Positions 46,579 through 56,734 of a stretch of 64,000 nt of DNA are shown here, piece after piece. The position numbers and the translations under genes were made by a program. Under the pieces are notes generated by a model that searched no databases, was not told the DNA's origin, and was given only the letters and a program-made list of their open reading frames with translations. Where the stretch lies: the sequence record NC_042136.1, one strand, 5' to 3'. Each line of letters opens with the position of its first letter. Position 1 is the stretch's first letter.

Positions 46579-49161
46579 ATGTTAGTCGATAATTATCGCA
46601 CCCCTTTAGCGCGTTACGCCATTAAGGACATGTATTCCAATCCCGGTACTGGTCGTCAGTTTCAATTGATGCTGACGCAAGTATCACCGGACGTGGGATA
46701 CATCAACACGTTCCAGTTCATGGGACGTTACCGCAAGACTCCGATTGAACGAGACTACTTCATGATTTACAACATGTCTGGCTTTGATGGTTCGACATGG
46801 AACTTCCATGAATTGTTCACTCGCATGGATCCGGTAGACCAATGGATTAACGTTGCGAAGATTTGTAAAGAACGAGGTATGATCATTGACATCTACGGAG
46901 ATGACGGTCGTTTATATCCTCGAGACAAATGTTGGATCATGTCAACTTATGACGGTCAACAATTGTTAGCGATACAAAAGTTGCGAGCTTTTAAACAGAG
47001 CTGGAAAGAACCTCGTTATGTACACTGTTACACGATACAAACCGAAGTTTACAATCCACTTACCAACAATCAACAATTAGACTGGCCGCGGTTCAGTTCT
47101 AACAACGATAACTCAGCGGAAGAAAAAGACCGCATGAAAATCATCTACGCAGAATACCTCAAGTTACCGGGTTTAACCTCGGTATACCTTAACGGTTATT
47201 TGTGGGATGGATTTCCAGCGGACGCTAATTTGTTAAACGCCGAGGTCATCGAGATCACTAATGACCCGAGCGTGTGGAAGACCGAGTCTTATGAAGTCGG
47301 TTCTTTGCCTAACTTCCAGTCTAAACGAGATAACGTTCGCAAGTTGATTATTCACCCCCCTAAAGTAGAAGGAGAGTTTGGTTACCAATACGTAGCTGAT
47401 GTCGCTTTCTATTTGGTGAACCGTAAACGACGTGGGGTGTATCTGAACCGTAACGAGGCGTCTCACTTCCGCCAGTTAACCCATCGCGACTACGCCGTCA
47501 GCGCATCCTTAGTGGATGATAAATCTAGCATGGAAGAATTGTTGAACGAAGATCGTCCTCAATTACTGTTAGTTTATCGCCGTAACAACTACGCTCAAGA
47601 GATTCCTTATGAGTCTAATGGTGTGCGGTGGTTGTATCGAATGAACGATGAGAACATCGTGGGAGCATTAATCGGGATTAACTCGACCATGAAAGAATGG
47701 TTAGCAGTGAATCTAGAACAATCTCCAACCAACGAGTTCTTAACGATCCCTTATAAGGACATTACTCATGAATTAGCGGTAGAGTCCATCGGCTATAACC
47801 GAGCCACACAAGTGCTGTGTGCATCGCCTATGAGTTATGACGCGTCTACTGGAATGGAGCTCGAAGTTCCGCCAGCGTGTCGTAACGAGTTAACGATGTT
47901 CGAATACGATCCTGATGGATTGTTTTTACGCATGCGTCACTTGAGTCGTGTGAACTTTGTTAAGCCGAATAGCGATGTGGGATTGGTGGAGTTCTTCCCG
48001 GGTAAGCCGGGACGTCGCATCCATGCCGAAGCCGGTCGTGGTGTAATGAACGTTGATCCCAACACGACACCGCGTTTTTACGTGCAAGCGGTAACTACGG
48101 AAGGAGAATACGCTGGGGAACGTATTCCGGCGATTGAAGGGAAAGATTACACTTTTGATCGTGATACTGGGAACGTGACATGGACGTTGTTGTCTAAGAT
48201 GTTCATTGGTGTGATATTGTACAATGACCAAACGTTGTACAAAGAGTTCACACTGGATCACATCGATAACTCTTTAACGTTCAGTATTACTCGTGAGTGG
48301 TTGCAAGGCGGGCTGTTAATGGATGTGGCTCCGGCTAACATCATGGTGATCATGAATCGACACTCCTTAATAGAGAACGTAGATTACGTAGTTGATTTCC
48401 CGGACGTTCATATTTTGAACCATCAATATTTAAAAGATGGTGGGAATGACTTTGTTCTTTATTGTAGCGAGTGGTCTCCGATCGATGACAAGACGCCTCT
48501 AGAGCAATCTGAGCTCGGTTACGTCACCGGAGGTGTAATCGGTCATAACTTACGCTATAACCTAAGAGAGGACCGTGTAACGCGAACTACGATAGATGGT
48601 AAGGTTTGGGATCCGGCTTTAGTTCCGGTGGCTGAACTTGACGCACCGTCTGAACTGCTGAATACACTGAACGGTAAACCGTATGGAGTGAAACACTGGT
48701 ATCTACCTTTACGAGATTGGGTAGCTTACGATAACACCGCAGGGTGGGAAGAAGCTCGAGACCGAGATCGTCGAATGAGTCAGTACTTGACTTTGTTTGC
48801 TAAGAAACCAGAACCAACGGTTATTCCATCTTTAATGGATAAGTACCGTGTGTTTAGTCCATTCATGAACATGGTGGTAAACCGCATCTTACTCGGTCTT
48901 TTGGAACTGGATGACCTACCTAGTGGTGAATCTTACTCTAAAGACTATGTATTGAGAAAAACGGCTGACTTCCAGTGGTTGTTAAAATACGATCCAGTAG
49001 AGCGTGACTATGACGTTCGTTATTTCGCGGTCTTCCCTTATGTCCAACAACACACAGCATTAGTGGAAGCGAAAGAACTGATTTTCATACAGCGGGTTAA
49101 CGAGGTTTTCTTAAAATCTCGTATTAATATTAATGGACACTTTGAGGTTAAAAATGTTTGA
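46579..49161 (+). CDS. Virion structural / baseplate protein (phiKZ gp27-like)
   Basis: 860 aa; FRQLTHRDY, LNRHSLIENVDY and YRVFSPF motifs; gene order gp28-27-26. Confidence 0.65.
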   Translation: MLVDNYRTPLARYAIKDMYSNPGTGRQFQLMLTQVSPDVGYINTFQFMGRYRKTPIERDYFMIYNMSGFDGSTWNFHELFTRMDPVDQWINVAKICKERGMIIDIYGDDGRLYPRDKCWIMSTYDGQQLLAIQKLRAFKQSWKEPRYVHCYTIQTEVYNPLTNNQQLDWPRFSSNNDNSAEEKDRMKIIYAEYLKLPGLTSVYLNGYLWDGFPADANLLNAEVIEITNDPSVWKTESYEVGSLPNFQSKRDNVRKLIIHPPKVEGEFGYQYVADVAFYLVNRKRRGVYLNRNEASHFRQLTHRDYAVSASLVDDKSSMEELLNEDRPQLLLVYRRNNYAQEIPYESNGVRWLYRMNDENIVGALIGINSTMKEWLAVNLEQSPTNEFLTIPYKDITHELAVESIGYNRATQVLCASPMSYDASTGMELEVPPACRNELTMFEYDPDGLFLRMRHLSRVNFVKPNSDVGLVEFFPGKPGRRIHAEAGRGVMNVDPNTTPRFYVQAVTTEGEYAGERIPAIEGKDYTFDRDTGNVTWTLLSKMFIGVILYNDQTLYKEFTLDHIDNSLTFSITREWLQGGLLMDVAPANIMVIMNRHSLIENVDYVVDFPDVHILNHQYLKDGGNDFVLYCSEWSPIDDKTPLEQSELGYVTGGVIGHNLRYNLREDRVTRTTIDGKVWDPALVPVAELDAPSELLNTLNGKPYGVKHWYLPLRDWVAYDNTAGWEEARDRDRRMSQYLTLFAKKPEPTVIPSLMDKYRVFSPFMNMVVNRILLGLLELDDLPSGESYSKDYVLRKTADFQWLLKYDPVERDYDVRYFAVFPYVQQHTALVEAKELIFIQRVNEVFLKSRININGHFEVKNV

Positions 49162-52100
49162 GAAAGGTTTAACTAGCCCTACTCAGTCCGCCATTATTCC
49201 GGGAGCTGGTCCACAGCTCCCTAATGATAATGAAGCAGGACGCTTTCACTATATCTGGGACGTCTATAATCCTGATACCGTGAAACCGGGCGAAGAGAGT
49301 CGTTACCGTGTACCTAAAGAGAAAGAAGTGGTCTGCGACCCGGTTGCTCAACAATGGTACATCGTAACTCATGTTAACTGGGAAGGGGATTTGCGTTCGA
49401 CTTTAGAACCGATCTTCAACTTTGGTGGTGACGGTAACGTTGATCCACTTAATTCCATCTTTGGTTTACCAGCAGGTTACCAAGGTGAAGCGATTGTTGG
49501 TATCGATTACTCTGTACGTCCTAACCGTGCAGTCGTGGACGGTCAAGTCATGGCACCGGGAGCCGCGTATGCGTTGTTGTACGAAGGTAACACCGTAGGA
49601 GAAAACGGTAAAGTTATTTCGGTGGTTTACGGTAGTAATGGTGAGATGATCTCCAACCGTATTCCAGCAGGTCTGGCAGCACACCACAGTTTGACGAATA
49701 AAGAGATCATGGTAACTCAACCATTCTCAGTCAACCGTAATGCTGAAGAACTCCCAGACGGCAGTCGTGTGACCTTGGTATGGTTCGACCATGCGGGTAA
49801 CATGATTCCTAAAGCGCGTTCTTTGTCAGTTCAACATACAGCGATGTTACGTGACCACCAAGTAGGTAAACGCTACATCCGTAAAGTTCAATTGGTCGCA
49901 CCTTGGTTCTTGAACTCGGGTGATCCTAAAACCTTGAACGTACCGGTAAACACGGTATTACAAAACTTAGCGTTCCGAGCTATCGTGCATTACAGCGATG
50001 GTTCTAAATCGGAAGAGTTACCTATCGATGGTCAGAAAGTCATTTTGTACGGTCTGAATGAGCACAAGCCTTCTACTCCGGGGCAACGTGGTACATTGAC
50101 CTTAGTGTACAACTTAGACGCTGATGAACACATCTACGAAGCCCAACCGGGTAATCCTAATCAGTTCCGTGATTCTTACTCGTTGTTAGCAGTAGACTTC
50201 AATGGTGCTTACTCACCTAAGCTTTACTCTTACCCTACATGGGTAAATGGTCAGTACCAGTTGAAACACTACTTGACTGACTTAGATCGTTCTTTCATTA
50301 TTGATGCAACCGACCACGTTCGTATTAATGAACTGTCCCCTGCTTTCCGTCCTACGACTTACGGTGTGGAACAAACCATTGAACTTAACTTACGTCTAAG
50401 TGATGTGGTTCCTACGTTTGAACCGATGATCATGCGTCAGTCCACGACGTTCATTTTGAAAGCGCCGGGTAATGAAGACGGTAGTAAGTTTGATGTTCGT
50501 TATTCTTACGATCAGCGTGCTTACAACGACCCTACGTTTAAAGCAGTAAACCAAGCGGATGGTCGACAACAAATTGAATTTGGTAAAGGTTTCGAATCTC
50601 AAGAAGATTGGTTGGATGAAGTTTACTACGCGGTAGAACCTTCTTATAACACTCAACGTGAGAAAGGTCCAATTAAACCGACTCACTTCGAAATCGAAGC
50701 CAGTTCAGGTAAGCTTTACACTTACAACATTTCTAAGTGGAATGACAAACTTTATTTAGATGTGCAAGAACCGCAAGGTCGTACCATCTATGTCCGTTGG
50801 GTTCACGAATCCATTCAAGGCGATCGTTTGTTATTGGCGACGACCGGTATCTCTATCGACGTGGTAGAAGGTCCGAGTTCCGACACACCAGTTCCTACTT
50901 CTATTGAACTTGATCGTTCAGTGGTTAAGAAAATTGGTGTTAACGAAGTGTTCTCCGTAAGTGGTGTGGTTTACGACCAGTTCGGTAAACCAATGAAGGA
51001 TGGCTTAACCAACTTAATGGTTCGTGGTGGGACTCAACACGACAAGTCTCCTCGTAAAGTGGCGGTTAAGATTGATGGTACTTTCCGTTTCTACACTTGG
51101 TCTGAGAAGGCACTAGGTGAGACTGAGACCATCGAGTTTGCGTTTGAAACAGGTAAAGCTCCGGTTTACATCTTAGAACGTAACATCGACATCATCGAAA
51201 ATGAAATGAAAGTCGGCAGTGACTTCTATCCTTATTCTCCTACGAAAGTGGGTGTGAATAAACCAGCGCGTGCGTTTGGTTACTTAGAAGACCCTGAAGG
51301 TAAGCGTTTACGTGACTACCAGTTCTACTCAATGGTTGGTGATGACTTGGATAGCATCCGAGTAGAAACTACCGATGAGAACGGCGACTTCTTACTGACT
51401 CGTTTCCACACGGGTGATGAGAAAGTAGCGGTAATGAACATCAAAGCCGGTGGCACTGACGATGTACGTGTACTGACTTGGGTAGAGACCGAGTCTTACG
51501 GTGACCGTATTACCTTAGACCAAATTGACTGGACCTTTACTGGTACGGATCAAATGTCTGTAACGGGTCGTGTCTACGATCAGTTCGGTGACTTGGTTCA
51601 AGGCGTGAACGCGACGTTTGGTTTCGGTCCTTTATGGAATCCAGCCAACGTAACGACTACGGCAGCGAAAGGTACTTACGTACTGAACCACGCTTACATG
51701 GAACCGGGCAATACTTACGACATCGTCGTATGGACTGATAATGACTTCGCTTTCGGCACGGCAACGTGGGAGAAAGAGATCATCGTCGCTGACCGTATTG
51801 TACTGGATAGTGAAAACCCTTCTGAAGCACCAGCAGGTACCACGGTTTCTATTAGTGGTAAGTTGGTTGACAAAGACGGTAACGACTTCGTTAGTGAAAG
51901 TCAAACACCAATCAAGGTTACTCGACTAGGTAGCGGTGAATCTGAACTTATCTACGCTGGTTTGGATGGACGCTTCGAAACCCAAGTCGGTCCGTTTAAA
52001 GATTGGGAAGTCACTACGTTCTTGTTTGAACTTACTGGTAAAGCTCCGGTTACACACACCATTACTTGGATGGGTGAACCTGCTCGCTTAGACAACTTGA

Positions 52101-55100
52101 AGTTTGACGCTGGCTTGCCTCGTGAAACTAAGATTGGTCTACCAGCACTATTGCAAGGTGAAACCGTTGACCAACATGGTAAGTTGTTTGCTCCGGGTAA
52201 CGAGTTTGAGTTCGACGTAGAATACGGTGACGGTAACGTAGCTAAAGCGCACTCCTTAGGCGACGGTCGTTGGACATTCCACGCATCTAGCGATGTGGAA
52301 GGTGATGTACAATTTACCTTTAAGTCTAATACTCGTGTTGTGGGTACGTTTACAGTTAAGTTCGAGGGTGAGATATTTATCCATCCATTACCCAACGTTG
52401 ATATCAACTACCGCATTCCAGTCGGGGAAACTATGACCATCGGTTGGTACGTAGTGGACGAAACTGGCGCGGCTATGGTGGGTCAACGTATTGACATCGT
52501 TCAACGTTTACCGGTTGAGAAAGACTTGGGTTACGGTGTAACTGACAAGTACGGTAAATTCGAATACACGGTTCCTTACTACCAAACTAACTTCGGAGAA
52601 ATCCATGGTTACGCCGGTGTGAAAGAAGCCAAAGTTGAATTGATTTGGACAGAAGAAAAAGACATCGCTCACACCATCTCTTCGTTTAACGCTCCGCAAT
52701 TCGTTTACAACGGTGTAACACCGTTAGTACGTGCGGTGGTGACGAATGAAGATGACGAACCATTGCCAATGGGACGTTTGATGTGTTACAGTCGCGATGA
52801 CTACTCTTTGATTGAACTAACGCCTTACGATCCAGATAACCTACCTCCTGCTCACGATCTTAACGAATGGGGCGGTGTGTTAGGTAACGGTGAACAAGCG
52901 TTCTGGGTAGAACCATTACCGGAAGGTAAACATAACCTAGTGTTCTTCTCTGAGTGCGATACTAAGGTGTGGCCGATCACATGGCGTGTGTACGATAAAG
53001 TGCTGTCTCGTATTGATTTGGCACCAGACACTGCAACCAAAGCGTTGACTCCGGTAGATGCTCCTACGGTTTACATCCGTGGCACTGGTATTACTGGGGA
53101 TGAATCGGTTTACCAACCATCAGCTCCGAAAGCGTTAACGTGGGAAGGCAGTGATGGCACTACAGGTGATATCGAAATTGATACCGATGGTTCTGTGGGT
53201 TACTACATCCACGGTGTGAAAGGTAGTGGTACCGTAGTGTACACCATCAAAGATGGTACACGTATCCTAGCGACGTTCGAAATCGAATACATCAATGGTA
53301 CGTTAGTCGAACTTCCTTATTCACAAACCATGCGCTATAACGGTGAGTCAGCTCGTGTGGCTTGGGGTGTTCGTGATGAACATGACCAAGGTGTGGCTGG
53401 TCTAACGTTGTTGAAAGCCATTAACCCAGAAGCGAATGAAGTGTACACCAACGGTATTACCGACGAATGGGGTATCATGGAACTCGTGTTAACTGGTGAT
53501 GATGCAGTACCGGGTTCTACTAAGGTGACTGCTTCGTTCGATAATGATCTGCCAAGCAAACAACTCGTAGACACTCCAGTGGTTCTAAGTGGCACTAGTA
53601 AAGTTATCGAAACCACTTCTGGTGAAGCGAAGGTCCTCGTTAAGATGGAACCTAGTGTGCAAACCGTAACTTGGTTCGACAGCGGTGTTACCGATCCATT
53701 GATGGCTAACGTGACTGATGTGACGTTCATTGATACGATTGGTTATGGTCAAGGTGACGTTCGTGTTACGACTGGTGTTAAAAGTGTGATAGGGGAAACC
53801 CGTCCTACGGATAACTTCGTCGTGTTCGATAAAGGTTCATTTGACTACGTTGATTGTGGGACTAAGGGTGAGGGTGACGTACGTCCTAACCATTACGAGT
53901 TTAACGAAGATGGTTCTTTGGAACTGAACATTACGGGCGGTCCTAAGTGGGATGGTACTCGTCACTTGATGTTCGCTACTGGTTACGACATCCGTGAAGA
54001 AACCATCGAGTGGGTAGGTGAAGCTGAACCAGTTACGGGTCTGCGTGTACTTCCTTACTCTAACACTTCTCAGGCTTACGAAAGTGATGGCTTCGTAGCG
54101 ATTGCAGCGATTGGTCTATCTGGTAAAGGTGTTCCTAACATCCCAGTGACGATTAACCTGCGTTACGACGGTCTACAACCACAAACGGTACTTACTGACG
54201 AATTTGGTATCGCTGAATTCATTATCCCTGATAATGATGAAAACCCTAAAGAAGTTCAATGGGGTGGTGAAACTCAAATGCGACCAGTGTACTGGGACGG
54301 TGATATTAAAGTTCTAGCGAAGTACACACCAGACCATAATGTGGAACACGTTATTAACTGGACGCAAGGTTCGGCTGGCTTGATCACCACACTGCGTTGG
54401 TTGGATTACACGGATGTGGTTGGTAAAGACAGTGAAGGTGTCATTACCGCAGCGACACTTGATGCACGTGATCAATTCACACCGCTAACGGGACTGTCGG
54501 CGTTTAACAAGAAAACATTGAAAGATGTGGAATTGACTACGCATGACGTCATCAATGGGCTGTACTACGCTCATATCTCTAGCCAGTCTACTGGTGATCA
54601 TGATATCGCGTTCTACACACCAGCCCTACAGTTTACTCGTAAACTGACATGGGAAGATGTGACCGCAACACATTGGGATGCGATTGGTTGGAAGATCCCA
54701 ACAGACGCAGAAGAGATCGTGGGCACTGGTGGTCCTACAACGGTCGACGGTATGCTTATGAAGTGGACTCCGGAAACGGGCGAACAACGTATGCGTATCA
54801 AAGGTCCTGTGCAGGTAGACTACCGTCGTACGGATGATGTGGAATTCGGTAAAGTTTGGGCTCTACCTGACGGTACCGTGAGTATTCCTGTTAATCAAAG
54901 TGCGGAAGGTCAATGGTACTACAGCTTTGTCAACAACGGTCAAGACGTCGCAACTAAGACTGTCAAGTTTGTTGAAAGACTCAGAGTAGCTTACGCACCT
55001 TACTCTCACCATGTGGGATTAGTAGGTGGGGAGTTCTTTGTAGCGGCTTACGTCGTAGATGAAGATGGTAAGGGTCTCCCTAACGCCACAGTGCCGTTCT

Positions 55101-56605
55101 TCTTGATGAACCTACCTATCTTACCAATGGATAAAGTTCGTACTGACCGATTCGGTATCGCGGAAACAGCGGTGAGATGGGATGAGTTTGTTGCACAAGA
55201 AACCTTAGTGGTCACATTCGGTATGGTATACGAGTTCAAAGAACTTGAGTGGACTACGGTGGATGCTCCGATGCAGTACCCATCTAGCTTCGGTTCATTG
55301 AACGTTGTACGTCAAGCTGAACTACCTAACCAGTTGAACGTGAGTGGTACCATCTTGACACAAAACGGTAACCAGTCGTTTGACGATGGTTATTTATTAG
55401 TGTTCTCTAAAGAACTACTAAGCATGCAAGGTCTGGTTGGCGGTTCTTCACCAGATGGTGTGTTCAACGTGAACTACGGTCCGTTTAAAGAAGGGAACAA
55501 CAACATAGTCTTCGCGATGGACATGTACCACCAAGAAGAACAGGTCGTGTGGAATACTCGTCCTATGGTGTTGGCTGAACTTACACCAAGCGAGTTCACT
55601 ACTGATTTCTGGGCTACTGGTTCAGATTACGTGGTGAAAGGTAAAGCGCTTCAGTTGGATGGTTCTCCGTACACACCAGATGTTGCTGAAGAGTTTATCG
55701 CAACAGACACCGTGAATGGCGGGACCGTTAAGGGCACGATCGGTGTAGATGGTAACTGGTCGATCAACCTACGCAGTAATGTGGAAGGTCTAACGACTTG
55801 GAGACTGTCTCCTGTGAACGACCCTGACGTGGGCATGGGTAATGTTAACATTACTTACCACAACGGTGTGGAAATGTTCCCAGCACCATACAGTAGTTCT
55901 GAACTACACTTTGGTAAAGAAGGTACATTGGCTTACGCGTTTAAAGATGCAAACGGCGACCCTATTAAAGATGCAGTGTTCTGTGTCGCGATTAATAGTG
56001 ACGAGCCGAATGCTAAGATCAGTACGGATGATTGGGGTGTGGCAACATTCACCATCCCATACGTGGTTGATCAAGATCGTGTTACAGCTGATGCTGAATT
56101 CGCTGGTAAACAGAACCAACACGTCATTGTCTGGTCTTCGGACAGCATTCTGTTGCCGGTAGACTTTGAAGATCTAATCCGTCCAGATGGCATTGCTCTA
56201 GGTGACTTGTTCACTATTAACGGCAAAGCTATTGACCAACGTGGTAACCCGATTGATCACGGCCCTGTGGGTCTTTACGATCGTCGTACGTTTAACTACG
56301 GTCAACGAGCGGTGGATCCTTCGTCTAAACGCTTCGAGTTGGAAATGGGCCCTTGGGACCAAGCTGGTGTGAAAGAGATGATCCTTTACACTGGTTCCCA
56401 TTACGAAGTGGTGACTGTAGAGGTGATCGACGGGTTGATCAGCTTTAACCGTGTTAATGTTGATGAATCATCAAACAAATACATCTTGATTGAAAATGGT
56501 GAGGTCCTACCTAAACCGATCGACATCAAGATCACGTTAGATGGTGATAACCCGAGCGTAGGTATCGTTAACGAACAAATCTTAGTGAAAGGTGACGTAA
56601 GCTAA
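49154..56605 (+). CDS. gp26-like baseplate-region protein fused to about 1900 aa of tandem Ig-like (Big_1/invasin-type) repeats; giant fibre subunit 1 (2483 aa)
   Basis: ATG 49154 after GAGG SD. The N-terminal about 570 aa is gp26-like (YSPKLYSYP.W motif). It is followed by repeats with DQFG.P and TDxxGxAxF motifs. Confidence 0.75.
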   Translation: MFEKGLTSPTQSAIIPGAGPQLPNDNEAGRFHYIWDVYNPDTVKPGEESRYRVPKEKEVVCDPVAQQWYIVTHVNWEGDLRSTLEPIFNFGGDGNVDPLNSIFGLPAGYQGEAIVGIDYSVRPNRAVVDGQVMAPGAAYALLYEGNTVGENGKVISVVYGSNGEMISNRIPAGLAAHHSLTNKEIMVTQPFSVNRNAEELPDGSRVTLVWFDHAGNMIPKARSLSVQHTAMLRDHQVGKRYIRKVQLVAPWFLNSGDPKTLNVPVNTVLQNLAFRAIVHYSDGSKSEELPIDGQKVILYGLNEHKPSTPGQRGTLTLVYNLDADEHIYEAQPGNPNQFRDSYSLLAVDFNGAYSPKLYSYPTWVNGQYQLKHYLTDLDRSFIIDATDHVRINELSPAFRPTTYGVEQTIELNLRLSDVVPTFEPMIMRQSTTFILKAPGNEDGSKFDVRYSYDQRAYNDPTFKAVNQADGRQQIEFGKGFESQEDWLDEVYYAVEPSYNTQREKGPIKPTHFEIEASSGKLYTYNISKWNDKLYLDVQEPQGRTIYVRWVHESIQGDRLLLATTGISIDVVEGPSSDTPVPTSIELDRSVVKKIGVNEVFSVSGVVYDQFGKPMKDGLTNLMVRGGTQHDKSPRKVAVKIDGTFRFYTWSEKALGETETIEFAFETGKAPVYILERNIDIIENEMKVGSDFYPYSPTKVGVNKPARAFGYLEDPEGKRLRDYQFYSMVGDDLDSIRVETTDENGDFLLTRFHTGDEKVAVMNIKAGGTDDVRVLTWVETESYGDRITLDQIDWTFTGTDQMSVTGRVYDQFGDLVQGVNATFGFGPLWNPANVTTTAAKGTYVLNHAYMEPGNTYDIVVWTDNDFAFGTATWEKEIIVADRIVLDSENPSEAPAGTTVSISGKLVDKDGNDFVSESQTPIKVTRLGSGESELIYAGLDGRFETQVGPFKDWEVTTFLFELTGKAPVTHTITWMGEPARLDNLKFDAGLPRETKIGLPALLQGETVDQHGKLFAPGNEFEFDVEYGDGNVAKAHSLGDGRWTFHASSDVEGDVQFTFKSNTRVVGTFTVKFEGEIFIHPLPNVDINYRIPVGETMTIGWYVVDETGAAMVGQRIDIVQRLPVEKDLGYGVTDKYGKFEYTVPYYQTNFGEIHGYAGVKEAKVELIWTEEKDIAHTISSFNAPQFVYNGVTPLVRAVVTNEDDEPLPMGRLMCYSRDDYSLIELTPYDPDNLPPAHDLNEWGGVLGNGEQAFWVEPLPEGKHNLVFFSECDTKVWPITWRVYDKVLSRIDLAPDTATKALTPVDAPTVYIRGTGITGDESVYQPSAPKALTWEGSDGTTGDIEIDTDGSVGYYIHGVKGSGTVVYTIKDGTRILATFEIEYINGTLVELPYSQTMRYNGESARVAWGVRDEHDQGVAGLTLLKAINPEANEVYTNGITDEWGIMELVLTGDDAVPGSTKVTASFDNDLPSKQLVDTPVVLSGTSKVIETTSGEAKVLVKMEPSVQTVTWFDSGVTDPLMANVTDVTFIDTIGYGQGDVRVTTGVKSVIGETRPTDNFVVFDKGSFDYVDCGTKGEGDVRPNHYEFNEDGSLELNITGGPKWDGTRHLMFATGYDIREETIEWVGEAEPVTGLRVLPYSNTSQAYESDGFVAIAAIGLSGKGVPNIPVTINLRYDGLQPQTVLTDEFGIAEFIIPDNDENPKEVQWGGETQMRPVYWDGDIKVLAKYTPDHNVEHVINWTQGSAGLITTLRWLDYTDVVGKDSEGVITAATLDARDQFTPLTGLSAFNKKTLKDVELTTHDVINGLYYAHISSQSTGDHDIAFYTPALQFTRKLTWEDVTATHWDAIGWKIPTDAEEIVGTGGPTTVDGMLMKWTPETGEQRMRIKGPVQVDYRRTDDVEFGKVWALPDGTVSIPVNQSAEGQWYYSFVNNGQDVATKTVKFVERLRVAYAPYSHHVGLVGGEFFVAAYVVDEDGKGLPNATVPFFLMNLPILPMDKVRTDRFGIAETAVRWDEFVAQETLVVTFGMVYEFKELEWTTVDAPMQYPSSFGSLNVVRQAELPNQLNVSGTILTQNGNQSFDDGYLLVFSKELLSMQGLVGGSSPDGVFNVNYGPFKEGNNNIVFAMDMYHQEEQVVWNTRPMVLAELTPSEFTTDFWATGSDYVVKGKALQLDGSPYTPDVAEEFIATDTVNGGTVKGTIGVDGNWSINLRSNVEGLTTWRLSPVNDPDVGMGNVNITYHNGVEMFPAPYSSSELHFGKEGTLAYAFKDANGDPIKDAVFCVAINSDEPNAKISTDDWGVATFTIPYVVDQDRVTADAEFAGKQNQHVIVWSSDSILLPVDFEDLIRPDGIALGDLFTINGKAIDQRGNPIDHGPVGLYDRRTFNYGQRAVDPSSKRFELEMGPWDQAGVKEMILYTGSHYEVVTVEVIDGLISFNRVNVDESSNKYILIENGEVLPKPIDIKITLDGDNPSVGIVNEQILVKGDVS

Positions 56606-56650
56606 GAGTAGTTATCCGTAGGTGACATACTACGGCATCGTCCATAATCT

Positions 56651-56680
56651 TAGGGGGAATTCGTTCCCCCTATTCATTCA
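56651..56680 (+). terminator. UUCG hairpin with weak U-tract between fibre genes 1 and 2
   Basis: TAGGGGGAA-TTCG-TTCCCCCTA followed by TTCATTC. Confidence 0.55.
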
Positions 56681-56734
56681 ACAAACCATGATGTCAACAA
56701 AAGAATTTAATTAACCTAATTAACGGAGTTAATA

